The position numbers were made by a program, and so were the translations under genes. Below are positions 1-12,340 of a stretch of 64,000 bases of DNA, piece after piece. Numbering within the stretch: the first letter of the stretch is position 1; each line of letters starts with the position of its first letter. The stretch is from assembly GCA_950097015.1 (NCBI GenBank), contig CATNEN010000003.1:6262001-6326000 (forward strand), in the 5' to 3' direction. The notes beneath the pieces were generated by a model that was given only the letters and a program-made list of their open reading frames with translations, had not been told where the DNA came from and did no database searches. This stretch comes from Macrostomum hystrix. Taxonomy: Eukaryota > Animalia > Platyhelminthes.

Positions 1-93
1 GCGGCTGCGCCCCAAATGAATAAGGCCTCGCCGCAGAATCGAGCTCAGGGACCTCGGTGCGAGAGGTGCTCTGCCACTTGACCCCTTTTGTAC

Positions 94-2668
94 CCGTAAA
101 AGCTCCGAATATGACGACGGTAAACATCCACCAGAATGCCATGACAGTCCGGGGCGACATTGCGAATGGATAAAAGTCCTGGCCCTGCTGCAAGAAGCTG
201 CCAATGATACTCCAGATGTACTCTTGAAGCCAGATCTCGTCCGCTACAGCGTACTCAAGGCGTAGATTGTAAGCTGAGAAGGGAGAGTATCTAGCCAGAA
301 TCCACATGAACAATGAGCCGAAGGCAACCGTACCAAGCAGTAGGAACCAGACTGAGGGGCTGAGCGGCGTGAACACATTCCAGATCTTCGTGTCTCGCGG
401 AGGCTTCGGTACTAGAACAGCGGTTGATTGGTCAAACAGTGGCGTCGAGAAATCAACAACTGAATCACGAATGGATGTCTTCGTAAAAGGACCGCAGCCT
501 AGATCTGAAATCTAAAGGCGATTTTATTAATACAAAATAAGGTATCAAGCAAAAACAATATTTTTGCTGTTCCTCAGAATTCAAGTTTACCAACCCCTCT
601 CTGGACCTCTCCGACACATCCGGAAAAATAAGGCTTGCCAGGTTGTGGAGCTCCCCAGTTTCCATCGTCGGGAGCTTTTGTTACGAAACTGAAGCGGTGG
701 TCGGCAACACGCATAATTAAATTCTTGAAACATTTAGTAAAAACAGAGAAACAAAAAAGACATCTCTCGTCATCCCAAAACCCACCGAAAGTCCATTTTT
801 GCGGCAACGATTTCCAAAATGTCACGAGTCATGCCGTGAATGATGACGGTTTTGTTTGGAAATTGTGCTACATAGTCAGTCATTGGAGATGTCTGTAAAA
901 AATGCGACAAAATAAAATACGAGCACGATCTAGTAAATATTTAAAAAATCCCTACTGGGGGAGCGCAGACAATGAGTGTCTCGTTCTTGAAGCCCATGAA
1001 GGTGTTGGGAAAGGCCAGGCTCACTCCCTTGTAGCGAAACTGCTTGCTCAGAGAGCCGCTCGACACATCGAACTCAGCGGACTTCAGCATCGAGATCGGA
1101 GACCATCGCAGCTCATTGTAGGACGCGACCACTTCGACACCTTGTGAGCTCAAGTGTCTGCTTGAGCTGTTGTACGAGATGAGGCCACGCTGAGTGTCAT
1201 AGTTGCTCATCTGCAGCATCGAGTGGGTTCATGGCAGGTGAGTGAGTAAGTGAGTGAGTGCAGCGACTCACTGGACTCTGACATCATGTCTAAATGTGAG
1301 CAGCTCACGCTGAGCAGTTTGCTGAGCACAGTCGATCCCGATGTCCAGTGCTGCAGCGGAAAGCACGAGGCGTTGCTCGGAGAGAATCCCGGATCCATCA
1401 GCGAGTCGTTCAGCGCCTTGGCCACGGCTTCCACCGCATCCACGAACCGAGCGTCCAGACTCTGCTCAATGTGGTGCGGTGCGGTGCGGTGCGGTGATTG
1501 AGCTGTGACTCACTCACTCACGCTGATGACAGACGTGAGCAAGGCAGCACTGCAGTGTGACAGTCTCACCCGAATTGAGTCCAGCTGGCACTGAGGAAAC
1601 ACATCCATCACTGCTGCTGTGCAGTGAGTGAACACGCTGCCTCTCAGCAAAGCAACGTTCGCGTTCGCTGGCGTCACGCTGAGCACATCCGCCTTGGACA
1701 GTCCAGTGTCGAGAATGAGCCAGAAGTAGTTCTGCTGCATGACTGCAGCTTCACTGGCCAGCCTCAGGACTGAGAGCGCATTGCGAGGACTGGCCAGCAG
1801 CAGCAGCTTGAACAGTCTCTTCTTCACCAGACGCTTGAGGTGCTGCACCAGGCTCGGAGTGACAGAGGCGTTGGCAGTGTTGTCCACTTGGAATGTGAGA
1901 CTGCTCACTCCGGCAGCGGTGAGGCCGCTCTGCAGGCTCTGCACAACGGTGCTGCCTGCAGGCATTGGTGTGTTTGAATCGTCACAACTTGTACATCAGG
2001 ACAGAGTTTGAGCAGTGTGTACTCACTCTGATGCCCGTCGAAGAAGATGACCACATCACTGACCACCGAGTCGGCTGTGATGACGGACACTGCAGCAGCC
2101 ACCATGTTGTCGGAGCTGTGACTGCCCACCGCCGTGTAGTCTGAAAAAATCACAAAGCACAGCATTTTGGTTCATGCCCGACCAGAGATAAGTGCACTTT
2201 TAGTCCAGTTACCTTTGAGCAGCTGGGCCGAGTCGCACAAGCCGGTGGGCAGGGCGATGAGCAGCAGCTGCAGAGACTTGCTGAGTGAGCCCACCTGATC
2301 GAGCAGAGAGCAGCTGCCGACACCAATCAGAGCTGACAGGCCGCTCTCCGAGCACACTGCGGAGCGAGACACACTTTCACAATCAGCACTGTGCTCAGCA
2401 TTTCACAGGCAGCGCACAGCAAATGGCGAATGCCAGCAGCAGCCAACTCACCAGTCCTGACAGCCTGCTGTGAACTGCACCAGCTCACATTCACATGCAC
2501 ATATGAGAGTGTGTGACCCTGCAGCACTCTCCAGTTGGAGTTCACGCGTCTGGCGAACGCCTTCTCCATCAGCGACTCGCTCACCTGCCCGTCCTCCGTG
2601 ACCACACCGATCCTCAAGTTGAGGGCCGCTGAACAGGTCACCAAGACAAACAGGACAAAAACGAACAT
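94..2668 (-). CDS. Ionotropic glutamate receptor-like subunit, paralog 1 (5' part; S2/M4 exons lie beyond the left edge of the window)
   Basis: ATG at 2668 with signal peptide MFVFVLFVLVTCSAA. ATD exons ~2452-2668, 2212-2357, ~2027-2140, ~1522-1955, ~1310-1462, ~955-1210. S1 exons (HGMTRDILEIVAAKMDF; DDGNWGAPQ..FSGCVGEVQRG). Exon 94-511 carries GPFTKTSIRDSVVDFSTP, M1, pore loop GSFLQQG and M3. GT-AG phases are consistent. Confidence 0.9.
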
Positions 2669-2777
2669 TGCTGCTAAGTATCAGTTGTTCGTCTCTGTAT
2701 GCAGCTTGTAACTTTGTTGGAAAATTTATAAAAAAGGTTCCTGATGAACGACCGTTAGCAAGCTGCTGTATTTTAGA

Positions 2778-2801
2778 TTTATACAAGCAGCTCAGTCCAA
2801 T
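2778..2801 (-). promoter_or_regulatory. Putative TATA box (TATAAA) with an adjacent CCAAT element upstream of iGluR paralog 1
   Basis: Minus-strand TATAAA at 2778-2783, about 110 bp upstream of the ATG, with CCAAT at 2797-2801. Confidence 0.35.
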
Positions 2802-4738
2802 CACTGCTGCCTTGCAATCAATAATTTCATGCTCTACTGGCAATTTGTGTTTCGTTTGCTGTCACTCTGCTGGCTGATTGGGTGTGGATGAATATTTCCT
2901 ATACTGCAGTCCAAACAGCATCGTTTGAGCTTGAGTTTCATCACATCTGCTTGCTTCGATGCCGCTTAAGCTGTGTTGCTGTAGTTGTTTGCTTTTTCAG
3001 TGATTGTCATGTTCTGTAATATTACCTTTGAAGTTCTCTTAAACATGATTTCTTTAGTTCAATTTTTGAACATTTAGAGCCAGTTTGATTGGAACTATTG
3101 AAATCTTGCTTTTGATGCATAAGAAGCGAAATCGCTTTCTTTTATGTTTTAGAAATAATTGAGACGGTTTGAACGAGCGTGTCATTACTTCCCCTTCTCT
3201 CTGTGCTTGTTTAAGTTGTTTGCTCTCGCACGCCCTCTTGTTTGTACTTTCTCCTCTCTCCCTCCATATGTCCAACTTATTATCTATACTTCACTTCTCT
3301 TTCCTTTCCCTCGTCTCTGATTGGCTAGCTGCTCGTCTCTCTTTCCTCACCCCCTCCTTTTCAGCTCTTACCCTCTGACCCGTCCTTACTCGTGTTACCC
3401 TTCTGCCCCCTCCTATCTCTTGGTTAAAATATTTTAATCATCGGCTAGAGTGCTTTGGCCTGCTGTTTTTGATTCGTTTAGTACCGTAAACACTTGCCCT
3501 TTTTGCGAAGACTGAATTCATTTTAAGAAGTCATTACATGCATGGTGTCCATGTAACTAACAAATATCAAGGACGACAATTGGTATAGGTTTACAACTTT
3601 TCGCATTTCTTTTTCACTGTTAATTTATCGTCACATTTAACGTGAATTACTTCATTCACTGTTATAACTTGCCTACAACGCTACTGACAGTAAGTTACTT
3701 CGGGAAATTTTAAGCTTTATTTGGTATTGAGAACTGCCGAATGAGTGCGAATTCTAATCCCCTGGTATTGTCCAATTTGATTCCATCCAAACTATTTTGA
3801 TCGCTGTTTTCCGATTACAATAGTCTCAGCAAATCTTCTTTTTACGTTTCCGTTTAATTTTGAAATCATTAAAAATGTAAATTGTTAATAATTTGTTGGT
3901 TCTTTTTGCTGCTTGGAGCAACGCAAGCACACGAAACTCAAGAACACGGACCAATATTTTGTTGCGCATCTTCTGAAACAAGAATCAATTCGCCAGCTCT
4001 TCAGACCATCGAGATATTCGATGGTTCTTGCCGAAGGTCTGATTTTTCCCAAAAGCGCTAGTGTATTGCATACAGCGCTACACACGAATTAGCACTGCGC
4101 CTCAGTGCGGCCTTGCCAGGCCTTCAAAATTTATCAGAATGTCACCCGAAAGTGCCTGCATCATCTCAGTCTTCTGTGGTTACCTAACTTTATCTAGTCG
4201 GACTGCTGGACCTTCAATGGCTACAACAGGTGGAAATAGGCCACTATGAACACCCTGACGCCAATTTCTAGATTTCCACTGATCAAGCCAAAATACTAGA
4301 TGCAGCTCAACCACAGGACACCCTCAGTTAGTCTGTCAACCAATCAGTCACCACACAACGCTGTTAGCATTCGGGCGCTGCTAAAAATGTTCTCGGGGGA
4401 GAAATTCTACCTAATTGGTATAAAAATGGCTTGGCAGTCCTACTGTTAATTAAATAAATGTGCTGCGAAGTAGTGCTGGTTTAAACAAGCAGTGAATTTG
4501 TGCTCAAATCAACATTTTTGTTAGAAAAGCATGCCGGTGATGAGACACATACGTGTAGTTTCGTTCGATTCCAAGATTCTCTGTAGATAAGTTTTTAAAC
4601 ATTCTTGCCTGCATGAATAGCCGTTTATCTTGCTAACTAAGCAAGCAATAAATCTAATGTGTAACTTGCAGTGCGGTGCAAGGTGCTGATATAAATAATT
4701 CACTCCATCCAGTCATATCCGCTGCGGGAAAGTCTTCC

Positions 4739-7700
4739 TCAGTAGATTATGCAATCTAGAGGCTTTTTATCGCCAAGTTGAGTCCAGACCAGCTCAATGA
4801 GCAGGATGAGCAGACCGATGCAGTACAGACTGCCAGTGACGATCAGACAGCCGCCAACGCCCTCCATGTCGATGGAGTCGGCCTCAGTGGATCGACCACC
4901 GCCGCTGCTGCCGCAATTGATGTAGCTCTCCTTGGACCAATAGTGACTAAACAGGCGCTGCATTAGGCCTGACTCGTGCATCGTCTGCAGACTGCGTTTG
5001 TGACGTCACAGTTGGAGTCAGGATTAGTTTGGGCAGTAATTTATAGTCTCTCATACTAGATACCTAAAAATTATACTTTTTGGTCCTTCTCAACTTCTAA
5101 ATAATAATAATAATTGCAAGAAGGCAGTTGGTCACTGGCACATCATTTGGTGACATTAGGCCCACAGCCAGCAGAAGCTCATTCCGCTGACTTCAAAACA
5201 CTCGTAAGCAAATACTGTACGAAGGAACGATCAAGGTGGTGTACATCTGCCATAACTTTTTGATTGCCATGGGCAGTGTACAGTCTCACCGTTTTTGAGA
5301 TTTGGTCCGTGAAGCCTTTACCGCTCAGCCAATCGCCCTCATTATCAATTCGTATTAAAAATGTCACAACCTACTCCAAAAACTCGTATTATTAATACCC
5401 GCATATGTTTCTTACTGAAAGTCAAACATTTCAGCATAGAATGCATCTTCCGGGTACATGAAAGCCACAGTGGCCTGGTTGAAAGTTTCAGACATCATGT
5501 AGAATTGGGAGCAGTTCTTGATTGCCATAGCTAGCAGGTAGGTGTAGTCGTTGATGCACGCGGCGTCACTTCTTGCTGGCTGAAAGCACAAAATATCTTA
5601 CTCTCACACTCGATTGAAACTGCGAGTAATATACTTAATATAATGTGAGTATTCACTGAGCAAAAATCTAGGAGAATCACGGAGGATCTAGCACACGTTT
5701 TATAAAGTGCAAATATTATAGTACTATTTGCAAAATGCATTAATTGTGGCCCTGAATGATTGCGGACGAAGCGCGGTAAAACTTACAATTTGAGGACAAT
5801 CCTCAGGCGGATGCATCACGACCATAGTGTCAGCCAACTGTTTGTAAATGCCAGATTTAGCGGTTGTCAGAAGCGTGTACACGTTTGTGTCAGCTGCCAC
5901 GTACGGCTTGATGGTCGCTTGTGACACCAGGTCCGAGAGCGTCTTGATAGGATACTCGGTGACTGTGACTGTTAGGTGAGCAGTCAAATCGCCTGGAAAT
6001 CAAATCAGAAGCAAAGAATAATAAAAGAATCAACTGACTAGCTTACTTAGATAGAAATGCAGCAGTGACTAAGGAATGGAAATTTTCTATTCCGAACCAG
6101 TAAATGCTCCATAGATTATGACAGTCAACATCCACCAGAATGCCATGACAGTCCGGGGCGACATTGCAAGCGGATAAAAGTCCTGGCCCTGCTGCATGAA
6201 GCTGCCGACGATACTCCAGATGTACTCTTGAAGCCAGATCTCGTCCGCTACAGCGTACTCAAGGCGCAGATTGTAAGCTGAGAAGGGAGAGTATCTAGCC
6301 AGAATCCACATGAACAGTGAGCCGAAGGCAACCGTACCAAGCAGTAGGAACCAGACAGAGGGGCTGAGCGGCGTGAACACATTCCAGATCTTCGTGCCAG
6401 GCGGAGGCTTCGGCACTAGAACAGCGTTTGATTGGTCAAACAGTGGCGTCGAAAAGTCGATGACAGAGTCGCGAACCGAGGTCTTGGTGAATGGTCCGGC
6501 TGCGAGATCAGCGATCTGAAAAAATGGGATGCAAAGCCTAGATAATTAAGGCAAATCTATTTGCTTTGCTTAGTTGGGGACCAATAACATGTAGTGAGCC
6601 ACTGCTTAGGGGCCTATTGGTGTCTCACTAGCTGTCAGTAGCCCCACCTGCAAGGTAGCTTAGGTGTCCCCTTTTTGCTAGCATTGAGTGGCTGCCCGGC
6701 CCGCCCTCTCTGGCGTTGTCTGGTCTGCCCCTCTCTGCCCTTCCCTTCCCGGTGGCGCCTGCACTTAGAGTGTGTCGTCTCTTCCCCCCAGGGATGAGTC
6801 ATCACCTCTTTGTCCCGCGCTGGCTTTGTTGTCCCTTGTCCTTTTCTTTGTGTGTGGTTGTCTGCACTCAGTCAGCACGTGATTCTCCTCATGCGACTGG
6901 CCTCTCTCTTTGTCTTTTAAAGTGCAAGTAAACATGTTTACTGCACTTGGGGCTTTTATTATGGGACAGGAGCCTACGTAGGAGTGACGTTTCTGGCGCC
7001 ACTGACGTCAGTTGCTATTTTTAGAAACCACGTGATTCCATCACGTGTTTTCTAACTCTGCACTGACCCTATGGGAGGCCCCTGCCTATAAAAGAAAGCT
7101 CCCCGCTCTTCTGGCCCTCACCCTTCCACTGTCTATCATTAACGTTTTCTCTGACTTATTTCAGTCTCTATTGTCAGTGCCATCGAGTGTCTAAGTTTCC
7201 TACTTCAGTCTCTGCATGTGACTGCACGTAAGCTCAGTTCTGGCTAAGTCCCGAAACTAACTTAGCCTTCCACCCCGAGCTACGCAGGACACTGACAGCC
7301 TGTAATTGCAACTGAAACTCTGCACTGTGTGCTTCTCGAGACTTCGTGACTTTATCTCTTTCGGGCCAAGGATCCTTCACCTCACCGAAGGCAGAAGTCC
7401 TGACGCCCTGGTGGCAGCGCTACTACTACACTACCTAGAAATCTTGGACTTCATATTGGAGTTCGCCGGATCCCGCATTGTTAGCAGGACGACCGGTACA
7501 ACAAACACTTTTGAATTTCGCACAAGGAAAATTTCTGAACTGAAAACTGTCGATTCCACCTTAGTCACACTGTTTGATTGTCTCGTTGACTACTCTAGCC
7601 TTTGTTATAAAATCTGCAATTTCATAGCTGAGCAGTCAATTCAGTTCCCAGTGAGATCTTCAAATTGGTAGAGTTTATTCCTTAGTTAACATCAACTAAT

Positions 7701-10450
7701 ATATCTACTACTAGTTATCGACGTAGTTCTAATATACGCCGCAGCTGTGTCTTGTTTAAGACAACGAAGACAGCTTGGGAAAAAAACTTCCGTTAAAGTC
7801 AAAAGCGTAATCAGTGAACATTTTCTTGTTTGGACGAGTAAACCCGTTTAAACCCTTCCCGGCCAGGCGACGTTTGCTATTTACTAATGCTTATCAAAGC
7901 TCTCTTATTTTGGCTGGAAAAAAGTCACGACCAAAATTTCGCAGAAAAACCATGGAAAAACCTCACGACGGTTATCCGCAAACAGCAAGCAGCACAATTA
8001 CACCGGCAAAAGCGAGCTAATGTGCAACTGAGAACACGATCCTAAAGCCAGCGACTAGACTCCTTACACAAGTGTGGTACTTCGTGTGCGTACTGACTTA
8101 GTCGACGAAATAGACAGAAATATCTCATTGAAGTCTGCGAATCAAATGTGGCAAGATGAGGGACAAGTGTCTTTTGCTAAGTCAACTCTTTACTTTGTTT
8201 GCGTAACTTAAACTTTCGGAGTTCACAGGAGACTGTAAACCAATATAGCTTTTATCAATACTTTCATCGAAAACCACCAAAAACAGAGAAACTCGCGTTT
8301 TTCGCAACCTACTCAAATGTGCTCAAATATCAAAGAACGAAATAGATTTTCGCCTCACGCCTCGCTGAATCTCCCCAACGCATCCGGAGAAGTACGGCTT
8401 GCCCGGCTGTGGAGCGCCCCACGCCTCGTCATCCGGAGCCTTTGTGATGAACCTAAAAAGCAGAAACAATCAATCATTGATTCGACCAGTCATTGGTGCT
8501 CCGCAAAAGAGTGAAGCGCCATCTTGCCGAAATTCCATTTTGGAGGAGACTAGGTCCAGAATGTCGCGGGTCATGCCGTGAATGCTAACAGTGTTGTTGG
8601 GATACTTGATGTCGAAATCGGTCATTGGCGAACTCTAAAACAATTAGAACAATGTTATTTGCACAAAAAATAAAAAGACATATATATTGTTAACCAGCCA
8701 GGAAAATCACAAAAAAACCCACTGTTGGGCTACAAATAACAATAGTCTGGTTCTTGAAGCCCATGAAGGTGTTGGGAAAGGCCAGGCTCACTCCCTTGTA
8801 GCGAAACTGCTTGCTCAGAGAGCCGCTCGACACATCGAACTCAGCGGACTTCAGCATCGAGATCGGAGACCATCGCAGCTCATTGTAGGACGCGACCACT
8901 TCGACACCTTGTGAGCTCAAGTGTCTGCTTGAGCTGTTGTACGAGATGAGGCCACGCTGAGTGTCATAGTTGCTCATCTGCAGCATCGAGTGGGTTCATG
9001 GCAGGTGAGTGAGTGAGTGAGTGCAGTGACTCACTGGACTCTGACATCATGTCTAAATGTGAGCAGCTCACGCTGAGCAGTTTGCTGAGCACAGTCGATC
9101 CCGATGTCCAGTGCTGCAGCGGAAAGCAGGAGGCGTTGCTCGGAGAGAATCCCGGATCCATCAGCGAGTCGTTCAGCGCCTTGGCCACAGCTTCCACCGC
9201 ATCCACGAATCGAGCGTCCAGACTCTGCTCAATGTGGTGCGGTGCGGTGCGGTGCGGTGATTGAGGTGCGATGCTTGAGTCACTCACTCACGCTGATGAC
9301 AGACGTGAGCAAGGCAGCATTGCAGTGTGACAGTCTCACCCGAATTGAGTCCAGCTGGCACTGAGGAAACACATCCATCACTGCTGCTGTGCAGTGAGTG
9401 AACACGCTGCCTCTCAGCAAAGCAACGTTCGCGTTCGCTGGCGTCACGCTGAGCACATCCGCCTTGGACAGTCCAGTGTCGAGAATGAGCCAGAAGTAGT
9501 TCTGCTGCATGACTGCAGCTTCACTGGCCAGCCTCAGGACTGAGAGCGCATTGCGAGGACTGGCCAGCAGCAGCAGCTTGAACAGTCTCTTCTTCACCAG
9601 ACGCTTGAGGTGCTGCACCAGGCTCGGAGTGACAGAGGCGTTGGCAGTGTTGTCCACTTGGAATGTGAGACTGCTCACTCCGGCAGCGGTGAGGCCGCTC
9701 TGCAGGCTCTGTACAGCGGTGCTGCCTGCAGGCATTGGTGTGTTTGAATCGTCACAACTTGTACATCAGGACAGAGTTTGAGCAGTGTGTACTCACTCTG
9801 ATGCCCGTCGAAGAAGATGACCACATCACTGACCACCGAGTCGGCTGTGATGACGGACACTGCAGCACCCACCATGTTGTCGGAGCTGTGACTGCCCACC
9901 GCCGTGTAGTCTGAAAAAATCACAAAGCACAGCATTTTGGTTCATGCCCGACCAGAGATAAGTGCACTTTCAGTCCAGTTACCTTTGAGCAGCTGGGCCG
10001 AGTCGCACAAGCCGGTGGGCAGGGCGATGAGCAGCAGCTGCAGAGACTTGCTGAGTGAGCCCACCTGATCGAGCAGAGAGCAGCTGCCGACACCAATCAG
10101 AGCTGACAGGCCGCTCTCCGAGCACACTGCGGAGCGAGACACACTTTCACAATCAGCACTGTGCTCAGCATTTCACAGGCAGCGCACAGCAAATGGCGAA
10201 TGCCAGCAGCAGCCAACTCACCAGTCCTGACAGCCTGCTGTGAACTGCACCAGCTCACATTCACGTGCACGTATGAGAGTGTGTGACCCTGCAGCACTCT
10301 CCAGTTGGAGTTCACGCGTCTGGCGAACGCCTTCTCCATCAGCGACTCGCTCACCTGCCCGTCCTCTGTGACCACACCGATCCTCAGGTTGAGAGCCGCT
10401 GTGCATGTCATTAGAAAAGAAATGACAGTCAGAATCACCGCCGCCATCAT
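4739..10450 (-). CDS. Ionotropic glutamate receptor-like subunit, paralog 2 (complete, multi-exon)
   Basis: ATG at 10450. ATD block ~8720-10450; S1 exons ~8358-8452 and 8528-8635; exon 6098-~6515 (AAGPFTKTSVRDSVIDFS, M1, SFMQQG, M3); S2 exons 5787-5992 and ~5415-5579; final M4 exon 4739-4991 ending PLDCIIY*. Confidence 0.92.
6590..7430 (+). mobile_element. Putative solo-LTR-like insertion in an intron of iGluR paralog 2
   Basis: Begins TGTAGT and ends ACTACA (TG..CA with a 6-bp inverted repeat); internal TATAAAAG at ~7086. The homologous intron of paralog 1 is only ~80 bp. No TSD found. Confidence 0.4.
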
Positions 10451-10949
10451 GGTCAAAAGTTAGTTTCAGTTGGAAGTGATCAACCAATTCCGACTATTTG
10501 ATATTTTCGCTTGTCTTATAGTTCTTGCCTCAACCAATCAGAAGCCTCCTGTCTCGTCCAGGAAGTCACAGCAAATCTCTAGGATCGATTTGGGCACTAG
10601 CAACGAACCTTTAGGCGTCGTACTTTTTGTTTGATGCTGTTCTATAAGTCTATTATGCAGAACAAAATTATAGAATTCCATTTGCGCTTCTTTCTGCTAG
10701 GTAAATGTATTGAAGTTTCCATTTTGATGGTCTTGCATTCAGGTAACCGGATACGACTAAATTCTTGACACTCTTTAGATTTCCGAACTCTGGAATCGAT
10801 TTTCTCTTTTGTGACCTGGCATAACCAATATATATTAAATTGTTATATTTTCACTTTAATGACTGTTATCATGCCAAGTTTTTATACATAGGCTTTTATA
10901 GAAATGAAAACTTGACTTTAAACGTAAATGGGCTGTAAGGTCTGCCCCG

Positions 10950-11620
10950 TGGATTGCCCACCGAGGATTTCCCATCGAGGATTGCCTGACGAGGATTTCA
11001 TGCCGAGGATTGCCCACCGATGATTGCCCACCAAGGATTGCCCACCGAGTATTTCCCACCGAGGATTACCCACTTATGATTTCCAACTGAGGATTTCCCG
11101 CCGAAAATTGACCATCAAATATAATCCACCGAGGACTACCCACCAGGGAATACACACAGAGGATACCCACCGAGGATTTCCCACCGAGGACTACCCACCA
11201 GGGAATACACACAGAGGATTACCTACCGAGGATTTCCCACCGAGGACTACCCACCAGGGAATACACACAGAGGATTACCCACCGAGGATTTCCCACCGAG
11301 GACTACCCACCAGGGAATACACACAGAGGATTACCTACCGAGGATTTCCCACCGAGGACTACCCACCAGGGAATACACACAGAGGATTACCCACCGAGGA
11401 TTTCCCACCGAGGACTACCCACCAGGGAATACACACAGAGGATTACCTACCGAGGATTTCCCACCGAGGACTACCCACCAGGGAATACGCACAGAGGATT
11501 ACCCACCGAGGATAATTTCCCACCGAGGGTACCCACCAGGGAATACACACAGAGGATTACCCACCGAGGATTTCCCACCGAGGGTACCCACCAGGGAATA
11601 CACACAGAGGATTTCCCACT
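10950..11620. repeat. Minisatellite: 56-bp higher-order repeat of four 14-bp subunits
   Basis: GAGGATTACCCACC-GAGGATTTCCCACC-GAGGACTACCCACC-AGGGAATACACACA repeated, with degenerate 14-mers at the edges. Confidence 0.95.
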
Positions 11621-12009
11621 TAGGATTGCTGACCAATGACTGCCCACCAAGAATTTCTCCCCGACGATTGCAGTCACAGTTTGGTTTCTAAGCAATCTTT
11701 TTGCTGGAACAAAGCTGGTATATTTTACTTGAATACGCAGTCTATGCACAAGCCTGGCCCATCGTATACTCCCATTAATTATCGATTAGGGAGTTGTACT
11801 TTTAAAATTAGGCTTGCAGCATTTAAATGGAGTATTCACTCGAATATGAGTATCTATGATAGCTCGTACAGTAGCCTAACGATTATTCACAAAAAATCTT
11901 TTAAGTGTAACTCAAAGAAAAAAAGAGAGACTTCTGAGAGATAAAATTTGAGTCACCTGTCTAAACTCTCACAATTAATATCCAGCAAGCCTAACTGATT
12001 TTGCCCTTG

Positions 12010-12340
12010 CAGTCACAGACACATTCACAGTTTGCTGTCACAGACATTCACAGTTTGCTGTCACAGACACATTCACAGTTTACTGTCACAGACACATTCA
12101 CAGTTTGCTGTCACAGACAAATTCACAGTTTGCTGTCACAGACACATTCACAGTTTGCTGTCACAGACATTCACAGTTTGCTGTCACAGACACATTCACA
12201 GTTCACTGTCACAGACATTCACAGTTTACTGTCACAGACACATTCACAGTTTACTGTCACAGACACATTCACAGTTTGCTGTCACAGACAAATTCACAGT
12301 TTGCTGTCACAGACACATTCACAGTTTGCTGTCACAGACA
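12010..12340. repeat. Minisatellite, ~25-bp unit
   Basis: TCACAGACACATTCACAGTTTGCTG tandem copies. Confidence 0.95.

Noticed and set aside
902-2473. Plus-strand ORFs repeated three times (also ~8.7-10.2 kb and ~16.2-17.8 kb)
   Set aside because: Antisense shadows of the homogenised iGluR ATD block; their recurrence reflects DNA identity, not a separate gene.
7306-7671. 121-aa ORF within the LTR-like insertion
   Set aside because: No recognisable gag or pol motif and a non-ATG start.
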